Shown one piece after another: positions 51,801 through 64,000 of a DNA stretch of 64,000 nt (positions are counted from its first letter, which is position 1; every line of letters starts with the position of its first letter). Both the position numbers and the translations under genes were made by a program. The notes under the pieces were generated by a model. That model saw only the letters and a list, made by a program, of their open reading frames with translations. It did no database searches and was not told where the DNA came from. The stretch is from Haplodiscus bocki (lineage: Eukaryota). Location of the stretch: contig OZ296650.1 in NCBI GenBank assembly GCA_965655095.1, positions 22,134,001 to 22,198,000 on the forward strand, written 5' to 3'.

Positions 51801-53453
51801 GTCAGCTGAGGTCCAAAATAAATAGTATATATCAAAGATCCTGGGACATTTGAAACCATGATCGAGGACGTGATTGACTTTTAGAGATACTACACCAGCT
51901 GTCAATCAAAAGTTTGTTCGAAAGAGTTAAAATTGGACAAGTACTTGTTGCAGCGTCTCCTACTCAAACTTTTATACAGGCAACAAAAGTAACCGTCGAT
52001 GCTATTTTCAGAAATGGACAAATATCAAATCCAATTTTATTGGACAAATTTTTATTTTAAAAAAATCTTCTTGGAACAAAATGTTCTTCGATGTTCGGCT
52101 AGTTCTCAATGGTGCATTTTAACAATCAGACCATGATTTTGAGAAACTATGATACCAAAATTTGTCCAATAAAATTGGATCTGAAATTTGTGCATTACTG
52201 AAAATAGCATCGACGGTTATTTTTGTTGCCTTGTTTAATCTGTCCTTCATGTTTTAGCTTACGCCATCTTACAGCCCTATGTTTAACAATTTGCCTTTTA
52301 TCACGCGAAAACGAAGAAATGCTAGTGTCTCAATCCTAATATTGATAGATCGAACCTGACCACTACTCTCTAATGACGTGAAAAAATTGCAAGTTCTGAA
52401 CATGATAGAAACTAGGCATAATTTGGTTTCAATACACATTCTTCTTTCCAGTCAGAATATGTAAACAGTAAGTTACACTTTCAAGACACTTTGAATGTTC
52501 TTATTTTTTGTAGCCAAAACATTCAGGTCTGTCGCAGATCCTTTTCGAAGCGTAATGTTAAAAAATGATTACGTAACAAGATGGCCGGCTACCACCAGCA
52601 TATTTCCCTCAAATTCTGTTGAAGATCCTTTTTAAAAAGATGAAAACGTTTTTCATTCAGAAAATACTCTTCATATATTTTCTAGTTTTTCCAAATTTGA
52701 AAATTTTCTGATTTTTTGCTAAAAAAACCCTTACAATTAAGGTGGGCAAGACATTTTCAAGAAATAATATGATTTGATGCGCATTCTACAGCAAATTTTC
52801 CACCTTTACCGATTTTGAAAAAAAAATCAATTTTTTTTCGAAAAAAAAAACATCTATTTCTCCAAAAAACCCAATTTTTAATGTATGCATTCGAGAAATC
52901 TCACTATTTCAGTCAAATTCTACGGCAAATTTGTTATAATTTGCTCATGAAATATTTCAAGTTCAGAATCCGGGCATTATGCTCGGACAATTGGCAAGTA
53001 AACATAAAAAATCGCACCGCTTTGAAAGGATGATTTTCCTTCCATGTCATAAATATGGTAATGATAAAATGATAAAGATTCAACTTTGCCTTTAAAAACT
53101 GTAAAGCGAATAATAAAAATAACCTCTTAGATATAGAATTGACATTTACAATTCATAGCTGGCGTCAATACGCAGCAAACTGCAGAACCTCCTTAGAAGT
53201 GTCAATAACACACTAGTCAAAAAGCAAAATTTGAAGCGAAAAGAATTTTTATTCTAGGGCATCGTATGAGAATAATTGCAAATATCAAATTAATAACATT
53301 TTTCAAATATTAACTAACCTTGGAAGAACTTCAAGTTCCTTATATGCATTCTGCTCTGATTTGAGAGCTTCGTAATACGTGAGACCACCCCTGTTGGTGA
53401 CGCTGCAAGACCACACCATACTGTTGCATAAAATACTCCGTTCAAAAAACTCG
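36828..53453 (-). CDS. BAZ1A: BAZ1A/ACF1-like bromodomain-adjacent-to-zinc-finger chromatin remodelling subunit (multi-exon; first exon not located)
   Basis: Phase-compatible GT-AG exons: 53319-53453 (WAC: EFFERSILCNSMVWSCSVTNRGGLTYYEALKSE), 49702-49896 (RQRFYVGEEV), 49271-49466, 47010-47217, 42790-42950, 42196-42604 (DDLELED + DDT: LLSVLEFLNGFGDLL), 41650-41851 (YTLSEVLRLFI), 41394-41509, 41149-41317 (WHIM1: EKLKILNCLC), 36828-38484 (PLGHDRVHRRYW, LNNRGIREANL, two PHD fingers). Confidence 0.9.
39600..40872. repeat. Dispersed repeat, copy 1 (intronic)
   Basis: Shares AATTGGGATAA-TGAATTCAAA...GATTTCCGC-CTCTCAC and terminal GCGAAAAAAAGT-AA-TCTATAGGCATTAAG with 54230-55725. Confidence 0.6.
43813..45250. 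mobile_element. Putative long solo LTR with internal ~59-bp tandem repeats
   Basis: TGTTA...TAACA termini; two CCTATTGG boxes; tandem AAAAATATTCTAAGACAATTCCAAATTCTGTCTTAGC-GCAATTTCA units at ~44310-44500; no convincing TSD. Confidence 0.45.
48435..49096. mobile_element. Tc1/mariner-like MITE (~660 bp), copy 2
   Basis: Collinear homolog of 32253-32902 with the same TIRs and TA flanks. Confidence 0.85.
50359..51680 (+). mobile_element. HINE/Helentron-like element carrying a ~120-bp satellite array and a tRNA-like segment
   Basis: Start ACAAGACGGCCGGCTAGCACCGGCATATT; eight tandem units with GTCTCACAGT(G/A)CCGAAAAATTTCGTAG-GGAACCC (50520-51475); end ...GCATATTACATACGCTGCGAAAAATAATAAT. Confidence 0.75.
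52576..53070 (+). mobile_element. HINE/Helentron-like element
   Basis: Start ACAAGATGGCCGGCTACCACCAGCATATT; end GGATGATTTTCCTTCCATGTCATAAATATGG; homolog of 26200-26677. Confidence 0.7.
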
Positions 53454-54229
53454 CTGAAACACAACACTGAGTCACATAAAAAAATATTCAACTTTGGTTT
53501 AGCTGATTTGAAATTATTTTTGTCAAGTACTTTGATTGAAAAAAAATAATCCAGAAAAAAGTCACGTGGGTATCAACAAGCTTTGACGTCCACCTGACAG
53601 CTGCTAACATTTTCCGCAAAAATTTATACTGCAGCGACATTTGAGAAATTCATCAGAAACATGACGAAGCAAAACGTCCAGAGCTCTCATATATTCGCAT
53701 TTCCATTTTACGCTAACTTGCGCGAATCTCGCTAGTTGAATATTCGCTGATTCAGGAAACTGAACATCGTTTTCTGGTGTCTCTGGTTCACTTGTGAAAC
53801 GGGTTCGTGAGAGATGAAGGACTTAACGGGAAAAATATGTTGAACAAATATTTTTAATGCCTGTAACGGGCATACTTATTGGCTACCTTTGAGGAGGACG
53901 CCTGTTGGCAAGAAATATAGCAAAGACCACAATATAGTGTCAGCGCAAATTGTTTTTCCCTCAACGGAAAATTGTAACAGTCCTGGTTTCCGTTTCTCAA
54001 GTTTCGTTCCGCGACTTTTTCTTCAACCATTCTTTTCTTGATGCTCCCTCAGGGCTTTAGAAGCAAGATCCGGTAGGTGATAATTTTCTAACCTTATTTT
54101 ACTTACAAGGTAGTTAGGTTTTAGGCAATATTCCCGGAAACTTACTTCAGTCATGCCAATTTTGTATCCCATTTCCGAATTAATATTAGATAGCAACCCT
54201 TAGACTTTTTTCAGTCTGCTCGTTACTCT

Positions 54230-55725
54230 ATTTTTTTTTCTTGGCGACGGTGTAAGACGTAAATTCTTTTCTGAAATTAATCCTAATACGACCAAGATAG
54301 AAAAATATGTATAAACAATAGTGGTCATTAAAAACATTGCCACCCAAAGCGGGTAAGACTCCGCAAAAGAATTGGGATAACTGAATTCAAAGTGTTCCAA
54401 GGTTTACACTGAATATATTTACTGTTCAGCAAGAATTTTTGATTTCCGCCCTCTCACCGCTACTATGATGGTCCGTATGTCACTCTTGTACTCCCATGCT
54501 CCAAATTCCTCATTTCGGACGAAGTCGCAAAATGTCGTATGAGAAAGCGTCGAAAATAAAAACCGAGTAACACTACCAATACTTCGTAAGACAAAAATTT
54601 TCCAAAATCCCAATAAACCAGCACAATAAGTCATACACTGATAAGCGAAAGGATAATCACGAAAAGACAATCAAGTCGAAAAATCGATTCCCGGCGGTCC
54701 AAAATTATCAGAAAATTCAACGCGCTGAAACAGGACTAATCAATCTATAAGCAGCTCCGAATTTATAAAGATTTGAATAGTCTCAAATATTCCGACGCTC
54801 AATGTTCGACCAGAAATTCTCAAGGGGTGAAATAACTTCCAGCGGAGTTAATTTTGGTCTGCATTTTTGTAAGAAAAAAGTGCCCGAGTATTACACTGGC
54901 TTTTTTCACCGTGTAACACTGCGACCTGTTCAAACTGTTTTTCAATTTAGGGTACCCATTCAATTTAGGGTCAGGATACCAGGATCACAGTCCAGCATCG
55001 GAAAACAGTGTGTTTAAGTTGGACAAAATATTGGACCTATTCGTCAAAAAAATTTCATGATACCGCCTCACATGCCGAAAAAATTCAGCAAAGGCATATG
55101 CCAAAGATGTTTCAACTGAGGTTTTTCTCAGACAGTATATCCGGTACCAAAGAAACCCTCTATTAAATTTTCATTGTTTCGACAATTTTTCAAAAACAAC
55201 GTATCCCATGGGAGCTTTTCATTACGAAGAAAAAGAAAACATAGGCATCGAGGATGCTAGGGGCATTATGCGCCAAGGAAAAGAAAAAAATGGTTTAGCG
55301 AATTTGCAACACCGATTTGCCAAAAGAAAATGTGAATTCGGCGACTTTAGCAAAATGTTCAATTGCTTCGAACATTCAAACCGTCAAAAAATTCGAACCT
55401 TTCAGAAATTTGAAAAGTTATGCAGTTCAAAATAGTTTGCAATTTTTCGACGCGATGAATGGTAATCATTTCGAAAGAGCGGAAATTATGATGCAAATTC
55501 AATTAACAAGTTAGAGACTATATATTGAAGCAAATCAATTAGCACATGTACTTGCGATCGAAAGAGTAAATCCTAGCGAAAGTGGAGCCCACTGTACCTT
55601 GGGGAACGAGTGAATAAAAACGAATGAAGTAAATAAGAATTGCTCTCCACTTAAGCCCTCAGCTTCGCTCAGTCGGCTAATAACGACGGCGTTTGCGAAA
55701 AAAAGTAAACTCTATAGGCATTAAG
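54230..55725. repeat. Dispersed repeat, copy 2
   Basis: Homologous blocks to 39600-40872. Confidence 0.6.
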
Positions 55726-56071
55726 GTACCCAGGTGGATTTCTGATCTGCAAGCAGTCTGGCCTCTGCCGATCAGCTCTTTCCTTCGACGTCCATATCAT
55801 AAGGACAAGCGTAATTCCTAAAAAGCTCGACTGTTAGATGAAAAGCTAAGAATATACTTTACGTCTTACCTCTGACCTTCTAACGCCTTGTAGAATTGAA
55901 AGTTTTTTCTATTCCCTGTTAAGTCTCAGTTGTTAGATCGTAGGCAACTGGTTGCTATTCTTCGCTTTTTTTTATAGATCTTGGGCGTTTGATCCCATTT
56001 TAACCTTCGTTTAAAAAATTATCCTTTCATTGCTCTCCATTTACAAAATTAATGCGTTTATGTATGCATCT

Positions 56072-56401
56072 AAAAGACGCCCGGCAAGCTACGGCATGTT
56101 ACCAGTCTTCCAATTTAGGGAACAAAAGTTGAAGGAAGCGCAACTCGAAACACAAAATGCGAGAAAATTGTTCAAAATTAGTCATAGAAATAAAAATGTT
56201 TTGTTTCCAAAAAACCCTTAAATTTTGGCAAAAACAATTCTTTGAAAAATGCTATATTAGATGAAATCGACATTTGGAAACATCTAGCTAAATAAAAACT
56301 TTCAGTCAACAGTTTTGGTTATCGGGCAATTGGTGGCAAATTTTATTTAATAACCTGAATGTTGGATGATTTTCCTTCTTTATGAAATATGGGCGGAAAA
56401 T
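56072..56401 (+). mobile_element. Degenerate HINE/Helentron-like element
   Basis: Start AAGACGCCCGGCAAGCTACGGCATGTT; end GGATGATTTTCCTTCTTTATGAAATATGGGCGGAAAAT. Confidence 0.55.
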
Positions 56402-57495
56402 GGTAACGATTTTTTAAAATGCGGTGCACATTAAAAATCTTCTGAACTTATCAATCTTTTCCATTATAATGACGTTAGACTTTCAATCCTTTTTACCTAT
56501 ATAATTTTAAAAGTAGAACCTAGGCGTTGGATCACATTGTCTCCCTTCCAGAACAATCCTTTCCAAGAACTCACCAAATTAAGCATCCCTTTCTTATTGT
56601 TGGTATTTGAATACATATAATGACGATTTCTGATATAATCTGATGCTCTGAAAAATCAAAATTATTCAGAGACAGACCATCGAAATCGGGAATTGTATCT
56701 AAAACTTTAGATATTGTTCCCGCACGTGATTCCAGGCATGTGTTTGATATTATTCTCCAACTTAATCGACATTATTCCTTCAGATACTAATCCATTCTCC
56801 CGCCTGAAAATTTTCATAACAATACAGAAATGTTATCCAGGAATTGGGATGAACATACAATTATTAAGACGTCATTACTGAAAAAAAGTTTTTGAACGTC
56901 ATTCCTGCTTCCATTTCGTTTTTTTTTCAAAACTCCCAGCCGAGAATTTCTGGGTTAGAAAAGCATGAAAGAGGCAAACACTAACTCATAATTCAGGAAG
57001 ACTTCTTTGGTTAAATGTAGATAAAACACTTGTTGACCAGGATCTGAATAATTGATCTTGTGGGGCACAAATTTTTGATTTCTGAGCAATGGCATCCTTC
57101 TGTTGCTGAGATATCTGACAACAGAAATTGTATTTTCGGCTTAGAAGTAAACGTAACCGCTAAGCTCAACACAATGGCCGTTGAATTCATCGAATCGAAA
57201 TTAGAAGCAGCAGCACACGACGTCATTTTTGCTTTTAGAACCAATCATACAAAGTCAACGTTAAACAAATTTTTAGAATCGTTTAGAAATTTTCAACGCA
57301 GTCAATGCTGTCACAGGCGTTTCTCAGCAATGGAAAATTAACTTGGATGATAAAAAGTAAAATCAGTGAGGCTCAGATAATTTTGTTTCTGGAAATTAAA
57401 GGAGACTTTGCGTTATCCCCCAGCGGACAGCGGATAATTCTCAATAAGTGGAATAATCAATGTTTCAGAGATTAGCTCATTAAAAACTTTGGTGC

Positions 57496-59211
57496 CCGGG
57501 TCGAACTTTTTGGGAAAACGCCGCTATTTTTCCGGTATAGTGGCGTAAACGCCGCTAACGCCGTTAACTTACAAGCAAAACGCCGTTAAGGCTTTTATAC
57601 TGACAAGGAACGCCGTTAACACTGTTATACCAGAAAGAGCTTGTGTCTACAAAAAATCTGATTTTCTCACTCCATGAAGAATAAGAAACTCATGGTCAAT
57701 CATTTACTTGACAAAGGATTACGAAGTTAGTTTTGTTTGTAATGATGTGGCTTTGAGTTTTCGCCTGCACGCGGTAGCCCTGCTATGTCATGACCAGCCA
57801 AGACTACATAAAACTTGTCAGGACTTGACTTCTTAGTTCTAGTCTTGCAAAGATCCAACAGTTTTAATCTGAATGCTTTTTTCAATTTTTCTTCGGTTTA
57901 TTTCTTCCTGGTTACAAGGTCCATCTTCAATAAATGCATTTAAGGGCCTTGTGTTTCACGGGTTTGTTTGGTCTAGGCTAGAAGTGTATTTTATTTTGTC
58001 TGAAATCTTCAAACGGTTTTTCCGTGGAAGTCATTTTCGGAAGGCCCTCCATTTTTTGTACTTTTTGTTTGTAATGACGGGGCTTTGATTTTGCGCCTGC
58101 ACGTGGTAGCCCTGCCAGCGTCAGTGACTTTGTCATGACGAGCCAAGACTACATAAAATTTGAACATGTCAGGACTTGATTTCTTATCTCAAGTCTTGCA
58201 AAGTTCCAACAGTTTTGATCTAAAGGTTTTTTTTTCAAGTTTTGTTTAGTTTAATTCTAAATGTTTACGAGGGCGTTGTTCAATTGACGCGTTCAGGGTC
58301 CTTGTGTTTCTCTGGGTTTTTTTGAAAGGTCGAGAATAATGTTTCTGTTCTTTTTTTCGTCTGAAATCTTCAAACTGTTTTCCCGTTAAAACCCATGTTT
58401 TTGGATGGTCCTTCCGTTTTTATTTGTTTACGAAGCTTTTAGAGCATATTTCTGTTCGTAGTGATGGGGCTTTGAATTTGCGCCTGCACGTGGTACCCCT
58501 GCCAGCGTCATCGACCTTGTCATGACAAGCCAACGCTACATAAAAGTTGAACATGTCAGGGCTGGCTTTCTTAGTTCTAGTCTTGCCAAGTTCCAACAGT
58601 TATAATTTCAATTATTGCATTTAGGGGCCGTGTGTGTCACGGTGTTGTTTGTTCTGGCCTAGAAACGTATTACTTTTTTTCGTCTGAAATGTTCAAACGG
58701 TTTTTTCATGAAACTCATTTTCGGAAGGTCCTTCATTTTTTCTACTTTTGTTTGTAATCATGAGGCTTTGAATTTGCGCCTGCAAGTATTAGCCCTGCCA
58801 GCGCAAGTGACCATGACTCGACCAAAAACGACTTCACAAACTTGAACATTTACAGACTGGATTTGTGAGATCGAATTTTTCGACAGTTGTAAGTATAACA
58901 ATGTTTTTTTTTGCTTTACTTTTTAATATTTTGGTGCTATATTTCATAGTCTTTCCTTCTTAGACGCTGTTGTTCGCTGTGGTTGATTTCAGTAGGGAGG
59001 ATGAAGCTTCCGGATGTTGCGACTTTACTGACGGAGAAAACGGTCCCCGTTTTTCTCCGATATACCAGCGTTAAAACTCGGCCGGTATTTTACTGGTATT
59101 GCAGCGGAAACTACCGCCGCTATTTTTCCGGTTAGTAACGGCTTCTGTGGCTAATTTTGACCGCCGTTAACGCCCTTATACCGGAAAAATATGGGCCGTT
59201 ATTTCGACCCC
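57496..59211. mobile_element. Non-autonomous TIR transposon with subterminal AACGCCGTTA motifs and four ~300-390-bp internal repeats
   Basis: CCGGGTCGAA...TTCGACCCCG ends; repeated units starting TTTGTAATGA-GGGGCTTTGA-TTTGCGCCTGCACGTGGTAGCCCTG at ~57736, 58068, 58456, 58751. Confidence 0.78.
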
Positions 59212-61130
59212 GAAGATCATTAATGGTTGCATCAAAACCTTCATTGTTTCATCAATGTTGCATCGATGTCGCGTCATTGTTTATTTAATGAACAGGCCTG
59301 TTTTTTTGTGACAACATTACTGAATCATGAAAGTTATCAATGTGTTCTCGACTGGGTCGGAAAAATTAGCAACACCTTGAAAAATATACCATTTTCGGAA
59401 AGGTACAACCTTGGGCCATCTGTGGGGCTACTTTACAACAGAAACAAGTTTCTATTAGTCAAGGATCAGCCAGTGAATCGAAGACCCACAGCGCCTAATG
59501 TGACATGTCTGTTGCAGGAGACTCAGCAACTCAGTGTTAGAGCTGCATGGATCGTTATCACATGAAATGCGCACAGTTTGTCAAACAGCTGAAAGCAAGA
59601 AATAATTCTTGTATGAACATATCTTACACCCCTCCCAAATTGTACTAGAATAACTCCCTCGAACAACTAACAATCAACATTGACAATTCATCCCGAGAAT
59701 CTTTTGCAAATATTCTGTTGGGTGATTATGATTTGGATTACCTCAGCCCAATTGGAAGAGATTCAGGATGCTATAGTCATATTTTATGACTTTCCAGTGG
59801 CCTTCACAAGTTTACGTACTCGGGTTAGTAAGAGAAAACTCATATTGATTAAATTCTCTCCGAAAACATTGTTGGTGAAACAATCTGACTATTTGACAGC
59901 GTTTTCGAAACGGAAAACTTCTGTTCACTTTTGCTCACAGACTTAAACGATGGGAGAGAAAGGGGCGTTGTTTTACTAAGGAGTGACAAGACTAAATATT
60001 AAAAAAATCTGCTCTGTAAATCTTCCCACCAGACAATTATCATGAAAGACGGCATAAAAGAAAGTGTTCTTGCTGTGACACCCAAAACAGCTTGCAAAAA
60101 CCCATCTGTACAAATATGAGAAAAATCAGACCCAACGATTTATCGTCCCATCTTGATGCATACTTTCTTCTGAAAAACTTTATGAAATCCCTGAATAGAA
60201 AATGTAAAGACGTGATCGATACCATGGGATAACTTACATCATCCCCTTTTGGTTTGGAGGGAAGCTTTCGGCACAAAATCAAATCCTTATTTATTCAAAT
60301 CGAATCAACTGCAATTCGAGAAGAGCAAAATCGTTTATGCTACTTTGCTTGATTGTTGTAAAATTTTTGCCTCACTGACACAACAATTTTTGGTGAGAAA
60401 CCTGGAAACCTCAAAGTTCTCTCTTTGGTAATTACAAGTCACTGAAATTTTCCTACGTGATCATTTGCAATAATTTTTTGTGAACAAAGATGTGTCTAAT
60501 TGAATTGAGGAGAATAAAGGTGATCCTGGGTGGACAATGCTAGGAGTACCACAGATAAAATAAGCAACAACGCGCATACTATACAATATGCTGCTGATTG
60601 TCTTCTAATGCAGTCGAAAAACTCCCACTTCTCCCTGAGGCTTCTACAGGAAGATATAGGAAAGTTGGACCTTTGATTTTGTCAAAGTAGGTTAGGTTTT
60701 AATGACAACAAAACAAAACTCATTACATTTTCGAGTAAAACTGATAAAAGCTTCAACGAAAAAGAAACTGTTTTTGTGGACTTCACGATAGTTCAAAAGT
60801 TAAATCAGTGCAAACCTTTAGGTAAACGAAAGACAAGCGCTTTCGTTTCCCAACGCACGTTAAGAAGATAATGAAGAATATGGCTTTTGATATCAAAACC
60901 ATTGAAAATATTCATCATAAATTTCATACAACTATCTTGCACATGCGTTTCCACACATTCGATCGAAGTCTTTTGGAGTACTCTGGATTATGTTTCTATC
61001 AAATAACTATGTCTGTGGTCTTTTCACACGAAAAATTGGTTTGTGAACAACGTACTTTTTGGTCCAATACAAAGTCCTCGTTTGGCTCGAAGTGGCGTGA
61101 AAACATATTTGGCATCAGTCAACTGTTTTA
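59212..61130 (+). mobile_element. Highly decayed CR1/L2-like LINE RT region (endonuclease part probably at ~56900-57495, split by the TIR element)
   Basis: ATLLDCCKIFASL (FLDLSKAFD-like), NKGDPGWTMLG (GVPQG-like), ILQYAAD (QYADD-like). Confidence 0.65.
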
Positions 61131-61294
61131 ATTAGAATCTTTGGCGTTCCTTTTCCTGTGCATTAGAAGTTCTCAGAAACTTTCTCAAAAATCAATTGAA
61201 ATTACCTTGGGCTACCTATAAGTGGCATTTTCGTTACAATCAAGTGATATATGTATGGACTGATCCATCTCATTTTTCCTCATTTAGCTCATTA

Positions 61295-64000
61295 TTATCT
61301 TCAATTGCTTGTTTTTCTGTTTCTGTGAGAAGTGTATTGGTCCAATCAAATCATTCGAGAAATTTGTTCTGAGATTCTGTGGTCTCTTGTGGACTGAGTT
61401 TTCCTTGTCCTTTAGTTCCTTCAGTTCGTTGAGGATTCTCGTCTGTATTGCGGTGTGATCCTCAGGTTATCCCGGATTTTCAGGCGTTGGGAACCAGAAT
61501 GTGTTGTCTTGCTGCTCGGGTTCATTCGTTCTGAGACGTTCATTTAGGTAGGCAGTCATGTCAGGATCACCTTGTGGAATCATACTAAGGGTTGCCATAT
61601 CTATTGGTTTGATGTGCTTAGATTGCTCCGGAGTAACCACGGAGAACTCTGCAATCTGTGTTCGTTTTTGATGAGATATGGTGATTCCGTTGTGTTGGTT
61701 ACTCTGACTGTTTTCTGGCAATTATTGTCGACATGGAATGGGAAATCAGCAAACTTGCTGTTTCAGTAAACTTCTCCAACGGTGTCACAGTGCCTATTGT
61801 GTTCCATTTCGACGGATGGTCAATGAAGGCTGTGATTGTTTTTGTTGTCGTTGCCGGTATGATCAGGGCTTCATCAGTGATGACTGGCTGTGGTCTTGGG
61901 GTTGTTTCATTTGAGGCTGTTTTAGCTTGCATCGTCAAGTGGGGGAAATGTATGAGCCGTGTGTCGTGTCAATGACTACACTGTTGTTCCTCATAAAATG
62001 CAACCCAAATATTGGCCCTGTTAATTTCTTCATTAGGACAAAGTTTACAACAAAGGTATTTTCTCCAATTTCAAATTTGAGCGTAGCTGTCGATATTGGT
62101 TTTTCTAACTTGCCATTGGCTACTTGTATTTGAAAATTGGGAGGGTCGTCAATTTTGAGAATATTATTCGGCGCTTCCTGTTTTATTGTATCCAAGTCAT
62201 CCTGTGCGATTGCACTGACAAATGCTCCTGAGTCCACCAGAGCATCTGCCGAAAGATTAGGCTCAAAATCCGGAGGCACATAGGGCATTTATTGCTTTCG
62301 TTTCAGGAATACTGTAGAGGTTAATGGGAGACATACTTCGTTTGTCTGTTCGTCTCTCACCAACCCTTCTCCAACTAGTGGGGTTGCAGTGGTGAGAGGT
62401 GGAGTTGTTGTATCTCCATTAAGGGTAGTCACTACATGCTGTTCTGTATTTTGGATATCGGTAGAGGATTTCTTGGAGCAGTTAAGGAACGGTACTGGCT
62501 CATTCCGTGTTTGATTTCCTCAAGGTTGTTCCGTGGCGACCACGTGGTCCTGTGGTTGGGTTCTTTTGGGTGGCGACGTTTGGCTTGCTACATTCGTCTT
62601 TAAAGTCGAGTCCTTAGGAGTATTATTTAAGTTATCTTGCTCTGTAACGATCTCCGTAGGTTTCTGCCAGACAACCTCGGGAATTGGTGGAAGTTTATAT
62701 CTTTCATTTGTCTCCGGTCTGTCACATGCAGCTCCGGAGTGAAGACGTGGCATGGTTAGTTTAAAGTTTGGCCTGCAGCTTGGACATTCCCATCTGAGTT
62801 GCTTTGTGCATTTCCCTGCGGGACTTGGTTTTGTCCTTCCGATCGTCTATTCCGGGGAGGCGGTCTGTTTGCTGAGTTTGCTCCAAGGTAGCATTTCTCT
62901 GTGGAGTGGTTAGTTCTACCAGAGGTCTCACAGGGTGGGAAGATAGGTATAGATCTGCTGTTTTTTTTATATATTTTGTTTCCTTTGGTATTGTTTGAGA
63001 CTTCGTTCTTGGGGTTAGAAATTGGTTGGGCACTACCATTGTTATTGCCGGCGCTATTCGTATTATTTCGGGTTTGGTTTTTTCTCGTTTGAGTTGATTT
63101 TGATAATGGCTTGGTTTGTTTACAATGGTGGCACGTTGGTTTGGGCTTGTCAGAGTTTTGCTGTGCGTCTTGTTGCGTCACAGTGTTTATTGGCATTTCA
63201 TCTGGTGCTTCCAAACCATTCAGTTCTAACTCTTTTTCAATATGCGACACAATCAGTTCATATGTGCCATTCTCCAATTGCGCCTGGTTAATTGATTTCT
63301 TCAGGTGAGGAGGCACTTTGGCATAGATGAATTGCTCAATGATCGCTTGAGTGGCAACTCCGAATGCGTCTTTCGCCAATCTCTGGAGTTCATCTAGAAA
63401 GTCCATTATTTTCTGGTTTGCAGGATTGTAGACCAGTCGTTGAAATTTATGTTTTGCCGTATCCATTGATTAGGGTTTCGCGTACTTTCTACGGAACATA
63501 GTCAAGAATTCTCCCAAATTCTCTCTGTTGGGGCTGGTGATGTTTTTGAAAGTCTGTAGAGCGTCACCACGCATGAGAGAGTGGAAGTGGTTTGTTTTGT
63601 CTTCTTCCGTCAACTGATTGTGGATTTTCAAAATTGTTTGGAACAGATTTTCAATCTTTTCTGATTTTCGATCTTTTCTGATTTTTCATCAAGTGTGGGC
63701 ATTGTTGTTGTCAGAGATTTAGGTAATTTCGAGATTCGTCTGATGTTGTTGTTGAAATTGGCTGAATTGCTGTTCGTCGCCAATTGTTGAAGGTTCAACA
63801 GAATCTGGTCTGCTTCAATTGACGCAGGGGTGTTCTCACAGCGAAATTGTGGCTGACTTGTGGAGTGCGCCTTTTTTTCTTTGCCTGACGAAATACTAGG
63901 GGAGCAGTACGGAAGCTCTTCTTGAGTCGCTGTCATCATGTGGGGATTGTGGCGAACTTCTTCTGTAACTCCTGTCACCATGTGAGTGTTGTGTTCTGCC
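61295..64000 (-). mobile_element. Gypsy-like LTR retrotransposon remnant: gag, aspartic protease, truncated before RT; continues beyond window
   Basis: Gag with CETSGRTNHSTEKC knuckle (ORF 62756..63466) and HSLMRGDALQTF; protease ALVDSGAFVSAI...PIFGLHF (61935..62288); frameshifts. Confidence 0.9.

Noticed and set aside
53680-54170. First coding exon of the BAZ1A-like gene
   Set aside because: Several short frames and splice-like sites exist, but none clearly encodes the expected WAC N-terminus.

Overview
AT-rich eukaryotic DNA, probably from an invertebrate metazoan, with spliceosomal introns and dense transposon debris. The dominant feature is a ~16 kb full-length but heavily decayed endogenous Polinton/Maverick (adintovirus-like) virus at ~3311-19284. 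It is bounded by long diverged terminal inverted repeats. Nearly all its genes lie on the + strand: Zn-finger ORF, small membrane ORF, packaging ATPase, unknown ORF, putative minor capsid, putative major capsid, adenain-like cysteine protease, a repeat-shaft fibre-like protein ending in a MAM-like domain, several small ORFs, an HNH-like nuclease, a retroviral-type integrase and a protein-primed DNA polymerase B. All the long viral genes carry stops or frameshifts, so the ORF track shows only fragments. The only convincing host gene is a multi-exon BAZ1A/ACF1-like chromatin-remodelling subunit on the - strand (36828 to at least 53453; WAC, DDT, WHIM and two PHD fingers) that appears to stop without a bromodomain. 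The rest comprises three decayed LINEs, a Gypsy-like gag-protease remnant, putative solo LTRs, several MITE/foldback elements (some carrying internal satellites) and a Helentron/HINE-like family. All calls come from manual translation and motif recognition; no searches were run, and pseudogene boundaries are approximate.
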